A stretch of 62,706 nt of DNA, filler included, from Hausera hauseri (taxonomy: Eukaryota), in NCBI GenBank assembly GCA_046269625.1. It is 12 parts of 12 records of this genome, joined end to end, with 100 filler letters (N's around TTAATTAATTAA, not from the genome) between each part and the next. Parts side by side here need not be neighbours in the genome. Positions count along the whole stretch, not along the records: positions 38,581 to 42,556 come from JBJURY010844969.1; positions 42,657 to 46,930 come from JBJURY010663885.1; positions 47,031 to 52,850 come from JBJURY010183417.1; 9 more parts are not named here. One strand, given 5' to 3'. Shown piece by piece: positions 39,890 through 52,850 of the stretch. A model generated the notes under the pieces. It was not told the origin of the DNA. It ran no database searches and saw only the letters and a program-made list of their open reading frames with translations. The first letter of the stretch is position 1; each line of letters begins with the position of its first letter. Both the position numbers and the translations under genes were made by a program.

Positions 39890-42556
39890 GTTCCGCTCGT
39901 CTTATTATTCGAAAATAAGCATACGCAAACCTACTACATACACAAATCAATAACAATTGCAAATTTTTCAGACACGTTACGGCGACAAACAACTCTTGCT
40001 AATTTTCGCCTTAGTTATAATGGATTTTTTTCCGACAATCCGACATTAGAACAAGTTACACCCACTCATCTTCAACACCTATACTCATCATACACTACCG
40101 TCTGTTAGGTGGATCTGATCCCAAAGCATCTTCTAAGGACCAACAAAACTTTACCGACATTCCTACTATAAATGTACCGTTAAATTCATCTCTACCTCCG
40201 TCGTCTACTGTAAACCTACCTTGCACAGAATACTTCCTTGACAAGCAACATTTCAGCCGGATGTGGTTGGACTTTCATGCGGCTTGGTTGAAGTTGAATA
40301 ATGTTGTCGACTCTTTTCTTAAAGCAAACATTTTGCTTATACTCTTGCCTTCCAACATTAAGTCTCAGCTTTCAAATTTGTCGAAAATTTTCCAAAGTAG
40401 TGACCAATACAAAACACTTTTTAACTCGATTTAAAAAAATCACGGAACCATCTCTGGATAACATCATCCATAAATATTTTAACGACAACACCATAAGCAC
40501 ATTAAAACCCTCAGAATTTCTCCAAACTCCACTAACCCAATTGAGTACTCTTGGCGTTAATCAAGCAAATAACGGCGATTTACTACGCAAATATTTTCTG
40601 CAGTCTTTACTCAGAGATATACTTGCGCTGCTGACCATAGTAGAGGACACATCATCACTACAAAATCTAGCACAACTGGCTGACAAAACCCACGAGATAT
40701 TACATGCACATGCAGCCCCATTAGTAGCCTCTACGTTACAAGTACCAACAATTCAATAAGCTAGCGACATAGCTAATCTAAACTCAGATAAATTTTTTAC
40801 GTGATGAAAACGCCCAAATACATCAAGCAATTTCTGCACTTACGTCAAAAATTGAAGCTTTGACTATACCTAGACGAAATCGTTTCGATGCGAACCATAG
40901 CCGCACTTCGTCTCAAAATTTAAGGCATGCGAGATCACCTACACGATCAATGGTGTGTTACTACTACACAAAATTCAAAAATAACTCTACTAAATGTTGC
41001 TTAGGTTGCAGATTTTATGTTCCCCATTTTAAGTGATCCGATATTATCTGCATATACCATAATAACTTCAATTCCAAAGCACAGAACTGCGTTACAGGTT
41101 GCACATTTGTTAACAAATTTAATCCGTCACATCCTACGCCTTCCAACAACATAAATCCCGTGCCTCCAAAAAACATATAAAGCCACCAGATGTTTCGGCA
41201 CGTGCTGGCACAGGCAAACGTTTTCATCATAATAGCCGTACTTATGCCGTTTTTACATTAAAAGCCTCTTAAACTTCCGAATTCAATCAATCAACTTCCT
41301 AATAGATTCCTGGGCAGCTGTCTCCTTATTACCACCATCCATCTCACCATCTAACATTACAGTGTACACAGCTAATGGCCAAGCATTACGCATTTTCAGC
41401 ACATCCAAGGTTTCATTCACTTCACCAGCATTCTCCGACATTTTCCATTGGGCTTTCATTGTCGCAGACACATAATCTCCAATACTTGGGTCTGATTTCT
41501 TATCTTTCTACAACCTTCTTGTAGATTGCAGACAATGTCGAATAATTAAAAGCAGTTCAACATAGCCAACCTCCATTAATAACCAACCGATCACGCAGAC
41601 TATTTCACTTATAAAATCCATATTAAATAATCCATCAACCAGTGTAAATAAAAGCCTCATTAAGACCAATATAAATAGTCCTACGTTTCCATTGAAGGCC
41701 GATTTAGGCGGCCCGATTTCTACCGTTTCTCACACTAAGTCCAATCAAGCCACTGCCATAACAACAGCCTTTTCTACACTTAGCCAAGAAATGCAACAAT
41801 ATTTAACCAAATTTTGTTTTCATGCAATAAAAAAGATCCAGAATTTCGACCTGCTAACACGACGCTTCATCATATCATCACAGAAAATCCTAGACCCGTT
41901 AGGCACAAACTTTGCCCACTTTCACCACGCCGTCGACAGGCAATCCAAGCGGAATTCTCTGCACTCGAGCAAGCCGGAATAATAAAACGGTCAAAATCAC
42001 CGTGGGCATCACCACTCCACGTCGTACAAAAAAGAAGGCACATTCCGTCCATGCGGCGATTATCGCCAATTTAATAACGTCACTACCATGGATGCTTATC
42101 CTCTACCTTTGGTTACGGATATATTACATTCTTTGCACAAAACTATGATTTATTTAACCATAGATCTTGAAAAAGCTTACCACCAAATACTGATATCACC
42201 CGAAGACATCAGAAAAACGGCCATAATAACACCTTTTGGTCTTTTCGAATATGCATTCATGCCGTTCGGTTTAAAGAACGCAGCACAAACTTTTCAACGG
42301 CACATTGACTCTGTTCTTTCAGGTTTGCCATTTGTTTATCCATATATCGATGATATACTAATCGGATCGATATCATCAAAGCAACACGACGAATATCTCA
42401 GGTTTGTTTTCTAACGTTTAGTCAACTACAATTTGCAATTGAAATTTTCTAAGTGTTCCTTCTTTCAGAAAAAGGTCATTCCACAGCCTGATAGAATCCA
42501 TCAGCTACGAAACATCGAGCTACCAAAAACCACTACTGATATGCGTAGTTTCCTTG
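39890..42556 (+). mobile_element. CsRn1-like Ty3/Gypsy copy 3: UBL-gag (two CHCC)-PR-RT, truncated by contig end
   Basis: ..IIHYRLLGG at about 40090-40113; CYYY..CCLGC and CIYH..CVTGC; A-AAA-AAC at 41168-41174; RT IDLEKAYHQI..MPFGLKNAAQTFQR..YIDD. Confidence 0.92.
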
Positions 42557-43819
42557 NNNNNNNNNNNNNNNNNNNNNNNNNNNNNNNNNNNNNNNNNNNN
42601 TTAATTAATTAANNNNNNNNNNNNNNNNNNNNNNNNNNNNNNNNNNNNNNNNNNNNAGCGGCTGAAAAAAAAAAATCAAGTTTTCACAGACTTAAGCGAT
42701 ACCCTCCCTGAATTTGACCCTGTCCTTGCGGCTGGCCTCAAAATCAATTTGATAGTGTGTTATCGATCTATCTGACCGCGGTCAGTATCTGTTAAGTTGG
42801 CTTGGTCAGTTCTGGATTTAATTAAAGGTCACTTACTGTAGTAAATCATATAGACCCAGACCTGGGAGATCGTTGTTAGCGAAAATATTTCGTCCTCAGG
42901 GTCCATTACAGACAGTTCTTGGCTACGTTATGAAATGTTTAGTCTTAAGTGGGACACCAATGGTCTCATCTAGTCAGGATTATGAAATAGTCTGTATTTG
43001 CCGGGCGCCAGCAGGAGTCCCTCGTGAGCTGTGTTTGATGTATCGAATGTTAACTGGGCGCCACTGTTGGTCGCTTATCTGGTTAAGGGATGGATATTTG
43101 ATCTTCAATGAAGAAAACATCCCATGACCCCTCAATTAGATTATCTGAAAGGTCTAAGCACTGTTGTAAATCCTTCTTTGAACTAAACCATACGGTTGTC
43201 CACGAATATGGGAAACTGTTTCAACAGAACCATGGCTTTGTTAAACACCCTCATATCTTTAAGTCAGACTATAATTCAAAACTGTCGATTGATACTCAGT
43301 TCTATTGAAGAATTAAATCTGAACCATATTGCAATAATAAAAAATATAATAGTTGGAAACAAAGCCACATAACCATCAGAAAATTGTTCGAACACTCGGT
43401 TACTCGTCTGTTCAGATCTCAGTTTTAACCTGCAAGTTGCGAGAAACGAGACAAACAAATTATTGCCACCGTTCTACAGTGCTGTATCTCGAGTTTTGGG
43501 AACAATAACTTTCAACACGAAATATCCGCCAGATCAAGATAATACTAAACGAATAAAGAAACTACGACATATTTGTGACAATATTGTTTGGAATACTATC
43601 AACAACTCAGAAACCAGAACCCCGGAAACATCTGATTACGAAACTGTCCCCATAAAAAATTTAACGCAAAAATGTCAAATTGCATATGACAAATATTATA
43701 TTCGACAAAAATGTTATAAATTCGAAGCTGCAATTACAGCAGTCGAACTTAACCGACAATCGTATATCTTTGCAAACAACGTCACCTCCAAACCAGTTTT
43801 CGTATCAACAGCCGAACTC

Positions 43820-45856
43820 TTGGATGGGGAGTTCTGCTGCCCGCCATTGATGTGCCATCCTTGCGGGTTCGTGCGCTCGATCGTTTGTCCCGGGGCTGTG
43901 GGTCGCGCGGAGTGCAAGGCGAGGCTTATCACGTCACGCCCCTGGCTCCAGCCAGCCAATTTTTTCCATCTTTATTTTTAAGTACAACATATATCCAAAC
44001 ACATACCGTAAATCACAATACCTTAGGAAAAGAGCTGCATACTTCAATCTTACACGCCACCGACATGTCTGACTTTGCTTTGTTTTTCAATGCCTTTATC
44101 ATCCGTCCACATGATCGTCTGTATAGCTCTTTTTTGCATCCCTCTTCATCCATTTGTATTACGTTTCAGCCTAAACTTCATGGTGGCTCTGACCCTAACT
44201 CTGACGAGATAAAGAAGTAGCCTAACATAACCTTCGTGTCGCCAACTTTTCCTCTTTTTCACACTTCCAGTGCGTTGACTTCTTCCTCGATAATCAGAAT
44301 TCCAGTAGAATATGGTTAGACTTCCACGCAAAGTGGCTAGCCTCACATAAAATCACCGATTCTTTTCAAAAAGTCAACAGTTTGCTGATTCATCTGCCGC
44401 CCAACATAAAATCCTTCATTACTAATCTATCTGACATCTTCAATTACCCCGACCCCTTCAAATCTCTACTGGACGCCGTAACTGCATCAACCGAGCCTTC
44501 GCTATACTCCATAATTCAAAAGTATTTAAACGAAAATGCTCTTGGCCAGCAAAAACCTTCAGAATTCCTTTGAACATCACTTTCACAACTAAATTTACTA
44601 GGCGTAACCCAACAAAATAACGCCGATCTTCTCCGACGTTATTTCTTATCATCCTTGCCAATCCAAATCCGCGCACTCCTCACTGTAGTGGAGGATTCTA
44701 CGTCGCTCGACAAACTGGCGCAACTTGCGCACAAAAGTTACAAAATTTTTCATACCAATAATGCACATACAACGATTTCAGCTTTACAAGCAACTCAATC
44801 ACCAACAATAGTTGCATATCCTCAGTCAACAAACTCATCAAACAACGCAAACAACATAGTTAATGAAATTCGAAATCTTCAATCCAAAAATGCTGCCTTA
44901 CATCAGGCTATTTCGGCTATATCTAGTAGACTCGACGCTTTGTCCTTTCCGCGTCATGATCGATTTAACGCAAATCGAAGCAGACAATCGTCTGTAAACT
45001 CCAGGCGTGCCCAGTCACTTTCGCGACGGATGGTGTGCTATTATCACACCAAATTCAATCGAAATGCCAAAAAATGCTGTACAGGCTGTAAATTCTATAT
45101 GCAGAATTTCCAATCACACGATGTAGTTTGCATTTATCACAGTAAGTTTAAAGGTAATGCAAATCGCTGCTTATCTGGGTGTTCGTTTTACATCCAGAAC
45201 ACTCCAACGTCTTCATATACTCAAAAAAACGCCTAAAGTCGCCAGAAACCACGACAAATTCTGGCAAAGGCCATCTTTCATCACATTACAGCTGTACTAA
45301 TGCAGTTTTCCTATTGAACGCTGCACTCACATCTTCTCCACACCATACTAAATTCTTGATTGATTCTGGTGCGGCCGTCTCGTCACTACCTTCATCTTTC
45401 CATTCTTTAAAAATTCTTCCAACCTCTGCTAAGCTACTTACTACCAATGGGCAAGCCTTACGCATTTCTGGTACTGCAGAACACTCCTTCAACTTAGCAC
45501 ATTTATCTGAACTTTTTCAATTGAAGTTTATTGTTGCTGATATCAAAACTCCCATCTTAGATTCTGATTTTCTATCGCATTACAATTTACTTGTCGATTG
45601 CACACAGCATCTTGTGATCAAAAATACAATTAATAATACAAAATCGCAAAATAATGCACCACTTGTCGCGCAGTTGACTGTAACGCCAGAGTCTATACTA
45701 AAGAAATCTTTTGTTAAACCAGAGAAATTGAATGTTTATAACTCCAATTGTGACGTTTCCATTTATACAGTAACAACAAAAGCAATTGCCAACACCTACA
45801 CAACCTTTCACCTCACCTCCCCATTAAGGCAACTGGATACAGTTCTTCGTGATTAC
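43820..45856 (+). mobile_element. CsRn1-like Ty3/Gypsy copy 4: UBL-gag-PR, interrupted by a nested element
   Basis: QPKLHGG at about 44167-44187; CYYHTKFNRNAKKCCTGC and CIYHSKFKGNANRCLSGC (C-x2-H-x9-C-x3-C); protease FLIDSGAAVS. Confidence 0.92.
45224..45230 (+). promoter_or_regulatory. -1 ribosomal frameshift heptamer A-AAA-AAC at the gag-pol overlap
   Basis: In gag phase (CAA AAA AAC GCC TAA); the pol frame is -1; same heptamer at 41168. Confidence 0.8.
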
Positions 45857-46930
45857 TGTGAGGAGGTATTTAAACGGATATTAATGTTTAAATTCAATTC
45901 AAAGTTAATTAAATAAATAGCCAATAGAAAGTCAGAAAATTCAGGAAAGGAGGAAAATAAGACTTATTTAATGAGTGAAGAAGATAATTGTTATACAAAC
46001 TTTTATAATAAATCTTTTATGGATAATTCTATCTTACAATCATCGAGTGAGGTTGATATCGAGACGGTAGAGACTCGATCTACTAACGTGGCGACAAACG
46101 CTTCAAGAGACTTCTTCGAGAAGAAATTGATGCCAAAAGAACTCCAGAAAGGTAACAACGTGGAAACCTTTATTGAAAAATGCGAGAGATACTTCGACTT
46201 TATAAGGATGCCGGATACGGATCGGGAAACCGCGGTCTTGTGCCTGTTGGTGGAAGAAGCAGAGGAAAAATATCAGCTGGTGAGTCAGAAGGGGAAAGGG
46301 TACCAAAATCGGTTGAGAAAAGCCTTTACAAAACCCCCAACGCTGTGCGGAGATCTGAGGAAGGCATTGGACTACAGAATAAAGGGAGCAGAACCGTCCG
46401 CCTACTTCAACAAAATCGAACAGCTGGTGAAGGAAATCTTTAGTCACAAAATAACACCGGAAGCTTTAACAGAGGAACTAATGATCCACTGTTGTGACGA
46501 TCCGGAGATGAGAAAGCAAATCTACTACAGTGACCAAAAAACAGAACAAATCAAAGCGAAAATACAGAAAGTCCACGAAGTGGAAACAAAGACGGAAGAG
46601 ATAAATAGAGTCAGAGAATATACTAAAGATGGTCGACGGAGTTATCGGAATGTGTTAGGGCACAAATTTGAAAAACTAAGACAAGAAAGCCGGGCTATCA
46701 AACTGCACAATACGCAGGCAAAGAGGATGAGTTAATGCTGGTCGTGTCAGAAAGACGGGCATACAAGCCGGAAATACAACCTCCAACAAGTACCCGGATG
46801 TTTTGGTTGCGGGAAAGAAGGGCACATTAACAGGAATTGCCCGGAAGGGAAACCCATAATATGCTATGGGTGCGGTCAACAAGGGCACAGAAGGCGAAAC
46901 AGCATAAACATAAAATGCAATAGATATCAC
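45857..46930 (+). mobile_element. Nested second LTR element (family D): putative short LTR 45857-46038 and gag with three or more CCHC knuckles
   Basis: TGTGAGG...TCTTACA termini; gag VETFIEKCERYF; knuckles CWSCQKDGH, CFGCGKEGHINRNC, CYGCGQQGH; homology to the CsRn1-like copies stops at 45856. Confidence 0.8.
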
Positions 46931-48969
46931 NNNNNNNNNNNNNNNNNNNNNNNNNNNNNNNNNNNNNNNNNNNNTTAATTAATTAANNNNNNNNNNNNNN
47001 NNNNNNNNNNNNNNNNNNNNNNNNNNNNNNACAATTGCCTTATGTTTTGTCAAGTACATAGCAACTATTAAAGTCTAAGTCCAAGACAAAATAAATTGAA
47101 TGCTCATGTAAGTGTGCCCTTTTTATTGCTTGCAAATTTAGTAATGTTTTTCACCTGCGTTTGTGTTCGGTTATCTGTAGCTTTAACAGTTTTACAGATA
47201 TTAAGCTAATTTTGGTGTGGTGGTATCAGAGAGCTCCCCTCAACTCATACTTTACACACAACCACATCTCACAGTATTACATGAGAGTATGCATGACATC
47301 ATTGGATCAAAATGGCTTCCTTTGCTTTTATAGCATGACTTTAGTTAGGAGTTTGCTTTAGTTTAAATCTCTGTCATGAAAGGTGGTGGCCTTTAACTAT
47401 AGTTGATTACATCATACAGGAGTGACCTTCTTGACGTCCCTGTACTGTTTACACTGACAATAAACAGATATTTCTCTACTTGACTATTCGCACAGGTCCT
47501 TTTAGTTATGATTTGTAGAAACATTTTTTTAAGTTGTTTGCATGTATTTGTTTTTTCCAAAGGCGCTTCCAGTCCTACCACCTCCTGAAGGAAGACCCTG
47601 CTGGACCTGAAGGCCCACGGGTCAGCAGGTCTGAAGGCGGCTCTGGATCCTCCAAACTTTGGAAGTCCCTGAACCGTGGAGGAACCATGGACAGCTGCCC
47701 CCTGCTACAGGACAGGCTGCTGTAACCCCCCCACAGCCAAATGCTGAGCAGCAAACTGCAAAGATGGCTTTTTTACTTGTGAAACATGTTGCTTTGGATG
47801 AAAGCTTAAGAAAGTTGTCATTTTTAAGATTGAATCAAGCTACAGCTAAGCTCTAGAAATCCTGATTATTTTGTACCACAAATCTTAAGGAGTTCTTTCA
47901 TTTGGACAAAAATGTATTTGTTTTTTTATAAATCAAGATTCACTAGTTTGTTCCAGGAATCTTGCTCCATCATAACATGAAGTGCTAAGTTACAGTCAGT
48001 AAAACGTTGGGGCTGGGGTGCATTTACCATAGTGTAGTAACACTTCTATCCACTTCGACTAAGTTCATCGGTATGCATAGATACTTTATTGTTATTTGAA
48101 ACAGCTCGGGAAACCGATGACGACTGTAGAATCAAAGCTTGACTGTTTGAATTTCACCATTAGCTTCAGCAATGCATCGATTGTAAAGTAACCAACTCCT
48201 CTGAAAGCTTACGTTTTATGGATGCAGAGGTAGGAATTCCATTGAAGAAATCGTTAAATCTCAGTGTTTTCGCTTGTTGTAGATTCAAGAGACGTTCTGC
48301 CTGTAGAAAAGAACCGCTGGTTGGGTGAAACATGTCGTAGCAGGACAATAATATTGCGTCAGTTTTGCAGCTGCATCTCGAAATGCCAAACGCTGCCATT
48401 CGGGCGTATCAGCTTCCTCTGATCTTACAATGGTAGCTTGCCTTTAGCACCAACATCTTCCGATTTATCAAACTGTTTGCGCTTATTAACATTAATCTGT
48501 GCAATAAGATGTTTGTCAATAGAGCCTTTCCGTTTATGATCTCAAGTTATATTGCGGCAAGAACAAAACAGCTTACCCGAATCAGCATGCATTTCATCTT
48601 TTGGACATTGTTTTACTCCATCGACGCAAGAAATATTTACCGCTTTCTTCATCGCAGTATAGTCCTACTAGTAATTAACTGTCTTTATTTAAATTATTTA
48701 ACCAATTTATAAGTATAATGAATAAGTATTAGGGACCAGTGAATTTACCGGCTGACATGTCCACCTAGGTATCTGTGTGATATGACAAGACTAAATTGTG
48801 TGCAAAATTTTATGAAAATTGATTAATGTTTAGCCACTCATTTTTGAGTCGGAACTTTTATGCTTAATCCTTAATTTCTATAATTTATATTTATTGTATC
48901 TTTATTATTTCTTATTATTTCTGTTTTGTATCTTTGATTTATCTTTGTTTTACATAAAAATATAGTTAT

Positions 48970-51260
48970 GACAATGGCTATGAAAATTGCTACAACTCAG
49001 ACAGAGCACAAACTATTTGAGTTTGGAGCTTCTTTACCTTAGAACATGTTGCCAACAATTGGCGATGTCATGCGGTTAGTGTGGAGGCTAAAATGTGAAT
49101 ATGGTGATAAAAGATTTGCCTGCATGGAAAATATTATTAAGAATGTAGCAAACAAATTTGGATTCCTATGGGCGAAGGCTGTTGGTGATAAGACAGTTGT
49201 TCCTTTAGTTTTTTAAAAGGCAGTTGAAGAGCGCATCAAGAGATTGTACAATAAAGGTGTGGAAGTAAATAGAAGCAAAGGTGCTAACAAAGTTGCTGCA
49301 TACCAGATTAAAACGGAAAAGCTCTTTGATATCTGCTCATGTGATTGTCCTTCATCAAGTTGCAGTGATATTGGATTCGAGGTAAGGCAATGTTAGCACC
49401 TTTGCTTCTGTTTTCATCTTGGTTGTAAATGCAAAGTGAAGGTTCCAAAGAGAGAAGTGGGGTTTTTGTTGAATAAGAGAGGTGAAAGGAAGATGATCAT
49501 TGATGGAGTTTATATGACAGTTACAAAGATGTGAAGGAGATCCGCTTTCACAGAGGAAGAAGAGCTGACAAGAGTCAAGAAGTATGCCGAGCTGAATAAA
49601 ACTGCTGAAGTATTTGTTGCTGACATTGGTATGGAATTGGAATCAGATGATACTTCCACACACATCCTGATTACATTCCTGCCGATACTTCTTCTCTGGT
49701 TAATCAAAACAGAACTGCTCTTCCAACTCTATCTGAGATTTGTGATCGCTATGGTGTGAGCAATGAAACCGGAGCTGCTAGTGAATCTGCTGTGCTTGCC
49801 GATTATGGATTCATCACGCCAAAAGAGAACGGTCAAGTTATTGATCCCGCCAAGCTACACGGAGAGCGTCGCAAATCCACAATGGAAAGATAACAGGGTG
49901 AGATTGAATATTTTCAAAAGACAATTACTACCTATTTTGATGGAAAGAAAACAGCAACACGAAAGTTGGTTCAAAATAAGAAAACCGGAAAGTGGAGTCC
50001 TAGATCGAACCTGACCATCAGTATCTCACTCATGTTACTCCTGTCACAGGACATGGCAAAGCTATTGCCGAATCAATTTTCAGCTTTATAAAAGAAACAA
50101 ATTTAACTGAACAGCCGATTGATTGCGTAAGAGATGATAGAACAAATGTGAATGTTCGTTTTGCAAATGGAGCCATCCATAATCTTGAAATGATGTTGAG
50201 GAACCCATTGCATTACTTTATTCGTTAGTTGCACGGAAATGGATTACCATGTATGGCACTTTTCTATCACTAAGATGGTAAACCATTGGGACCGGAGCAC
50301 TGGAGAGGTCTCATTGGTAAGAAAGTTAACAAAAATTTGTATGAAATGCAAGTGGTCCAGTTTCCGTCAATTAATTTTGAAAATTTTCCAGTAATTGATG
50401 ATGACTTTGCACCAGACCTTAGCTTGGACCAAAATATCTTTACTATATTTGCCATGCTAATGATTATCTGGCTGCTATTGAGCGTGGCCCTCCCTATATC
50501 TCGAGATGGCTGACTCCTTGGAACAGGATTCTACGTCTGTATATCTCAGATGATGATCCGACTCATGAACTATCAAGACTTGTTATTATGATTATAAAAT
50601 TCGGTGTTCCGATGTGGTTTCAGATAAAGTTCACATTTACAGCAGCCAAGTTGATGAAAAACCTTAGTCTTGAAGAGTAAGTCATTGCCAAGAAGTGTTT
50701 TGAGAGAAATGCATTTTTGCACATTCAGACTAGTTGCTTCTTGCTATGTGTGCAGATCAAGTTGAAAAGGTGAGAAGGAAAGCCGTAAAACTGATTAGTA
50801 AGTTGAGAAGAGAAGGAGGAAGTAATATGTCTGATATCAAAAATAAAGTTACTGACGAGGATGTATTACATAAAGACGTCGATGCTGAATTACTGAAATA
50901 TACAGATGATGAAGAAGAATCAGACTGTAGAAAAGGTGAAGGAAATCCAGGTATAGAACTTGATAAAGACATTAGAAAGGTATGTTCATAAAATTGATTG
51001 GCATGCAAGTAAGTACCATTCCATGATTAATTGGACAAAAGAACTTAAACCTGAACTTCCCTTTATTGTAAGGCTATCTCATAAGGAACTTCTCAACATT
51101 TTGAATATTCTGGTTGGTCCTAAGTGTCCAAATCATACTCGAGAGGCTTGTGTGGCAGTGACCGGAGTCCAGGTGAGAGATCATTACATAAGACAGTCTC
51201 TTCGGTAGGAAAGTGTGATGTCAAAGTTAAAGAAAAAACGTAACTTTAATTTAGTTACGA
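48970..51260 (+). mobile_element. Decayed hAT-superfamily (hATx-like) transposase
   Basis: LFDICSC, LHGNGLP..DGKPLGPEHWRGLIGKK, SRWLTPWNRILRLYIS, PMWFQIK, RNAF..LLAM, YHSMINW, CPNHT; many stops. Confidence 0.75.
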
Positions 51261-51399
51261 ATTAGCTATTTCTGTGTAAGTTTTAAACACTAATCTCTTA
51301 TTGCTTGTTTAAAATGTTTTTGAGTTAAAATTCTATAAATTAGAAGTCTAAAATGAAACGGTTACTGTGGTGCATAATGGTGCATAATGATGCATGATG

Positions 51400-52850
51400 A
51401 AAAATTAAGAATGTTCAATAATTTTCAAAATACCAAATATGTATTGAATATTAAAACAAGAAAAATGTTTTATATACAAATCACCGATTAGGTGAATGTG
51501 GAAACCACATTACCCCCTCCCCATCCGTGACAAGGTTGGTATTGCCAGGAGGGACGCACCGAAGGTCTTCTGGCAACCAGACTTCTGAAACCTGATGATT
51601 GATTATATTTCCGTTATACACCGATTTGTTCTCTTGCAACTAAAACCAAGATGTGAATGGCGAATGGGCAAACTCGGGTTCTTTTTGTATAGCCATAATC
51701 TTTTTCGCATTACTCGGTATTCGACAATCAATACATAAAACATTGGCCGAATTCAGATTCCGTTTAACAAACGAGGCAGGTGAGCAGGAATTGTTACTGG
51801 TAGAATTTTTTACCCCAACGAATGGTATTTTTGCGTCTAAATTCGACTCAACTGCTCTGGCAGACGGAATGTTACTCAGCTGTTTACGAGATATCTTGTT
51901 GTTATTATGATAATTCAACGTATTGTTCAAATCCATCGAACTTTTCGAATTGGCTTTATAGTCACAATTTGATGAAAAGCATATGTTAGATTTATGATTT
52001 ATAGATCCATCGCCTTTTGTTGTCATAAGCAAATGCGCTGAGAAGTTGTTCGAACAATCGTCGATTTTTTTTATTTTTATTCTGTGGTCGATAGAATGAC
52101 GAATTGCTGTCATCACAGTCGGATTCCCGAGAACGCTTGTGGGATTTGCGATAATTCAAATAGTTTGAGTTGCTTGTTTTCTAAGTCATGTGATGATTTA
52201 TATTTTTCGATATTGATCGAATCGACAAAAGTACCATTACGAATATCCGGTGCATCGTCGATGCAAAAATAAGGCAATTTCTGAATTTCCCCTAGACGTA
52301 GAAATTACACGTAAAATTCTAATTTATGTTTCTCGACTATTAGAGAATTGGTCTCTCCTGGTTCCGCCGGCTGATACAAAACCATTGATCCTAATGGGTC
52401 CGTGACAATTAAAATATGTTGGACTTCTGCCCGTTGTACAGCGACTGTGTACAGATCTGGGCTTCTGACACCAATGTGGATTTCGGTTATTTTGTTTCCT
52501 CCGGCATTATCGCCAAAAACGTAAATTCCGTTATAAAAAAATCCCCGTTTATAGTTAAATGTTTACTGAATGTCGTCTAACTCAATTTTCTAACATTAAA
52601 AATAATCAATCATTTTCCAAATTCAACCTAATGTATTTAATATTAAAACAAAATGTTTAAAATAAAATGTTTTTTATATACGAGTCACCGACTGAGTGAA
52701 TGTGGGCACCACATTACCACCCCCCACGTGGCAAGATTGGTATTGCCAGGAGGGACACACCGAAGGTATTCTGGTAACCAGATTTCTGAAACCTGATGAT
52801 TGACCATATTTCCGTTATACACCAATTTGTTCTGTTGCAACTGAAACAAA
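51400..52850 (-). mobile_element. Tandem TRIM-like non-autonomous LTR element: [internal end, PPT]-LTR(52713-52475)-PBS-internal-PPT-LTR(from 51509)
   Basis: About 260-bp direct repeat at 1.2-kb spacing; 239-bp LTR bounded by TGTGG/CCACA; PBS TGGTGTCAGAAG (tRNA-Leu type) at 52462-52473; G-rich PPTs before both LTRs. Confidence 0.8.

Noticed and set aside
42900-43810. Possible non-LTR retrotransposon ORF2 C-terminus
   Set aside because: Only vague Cys/His and IVWN similarity; not enough to call
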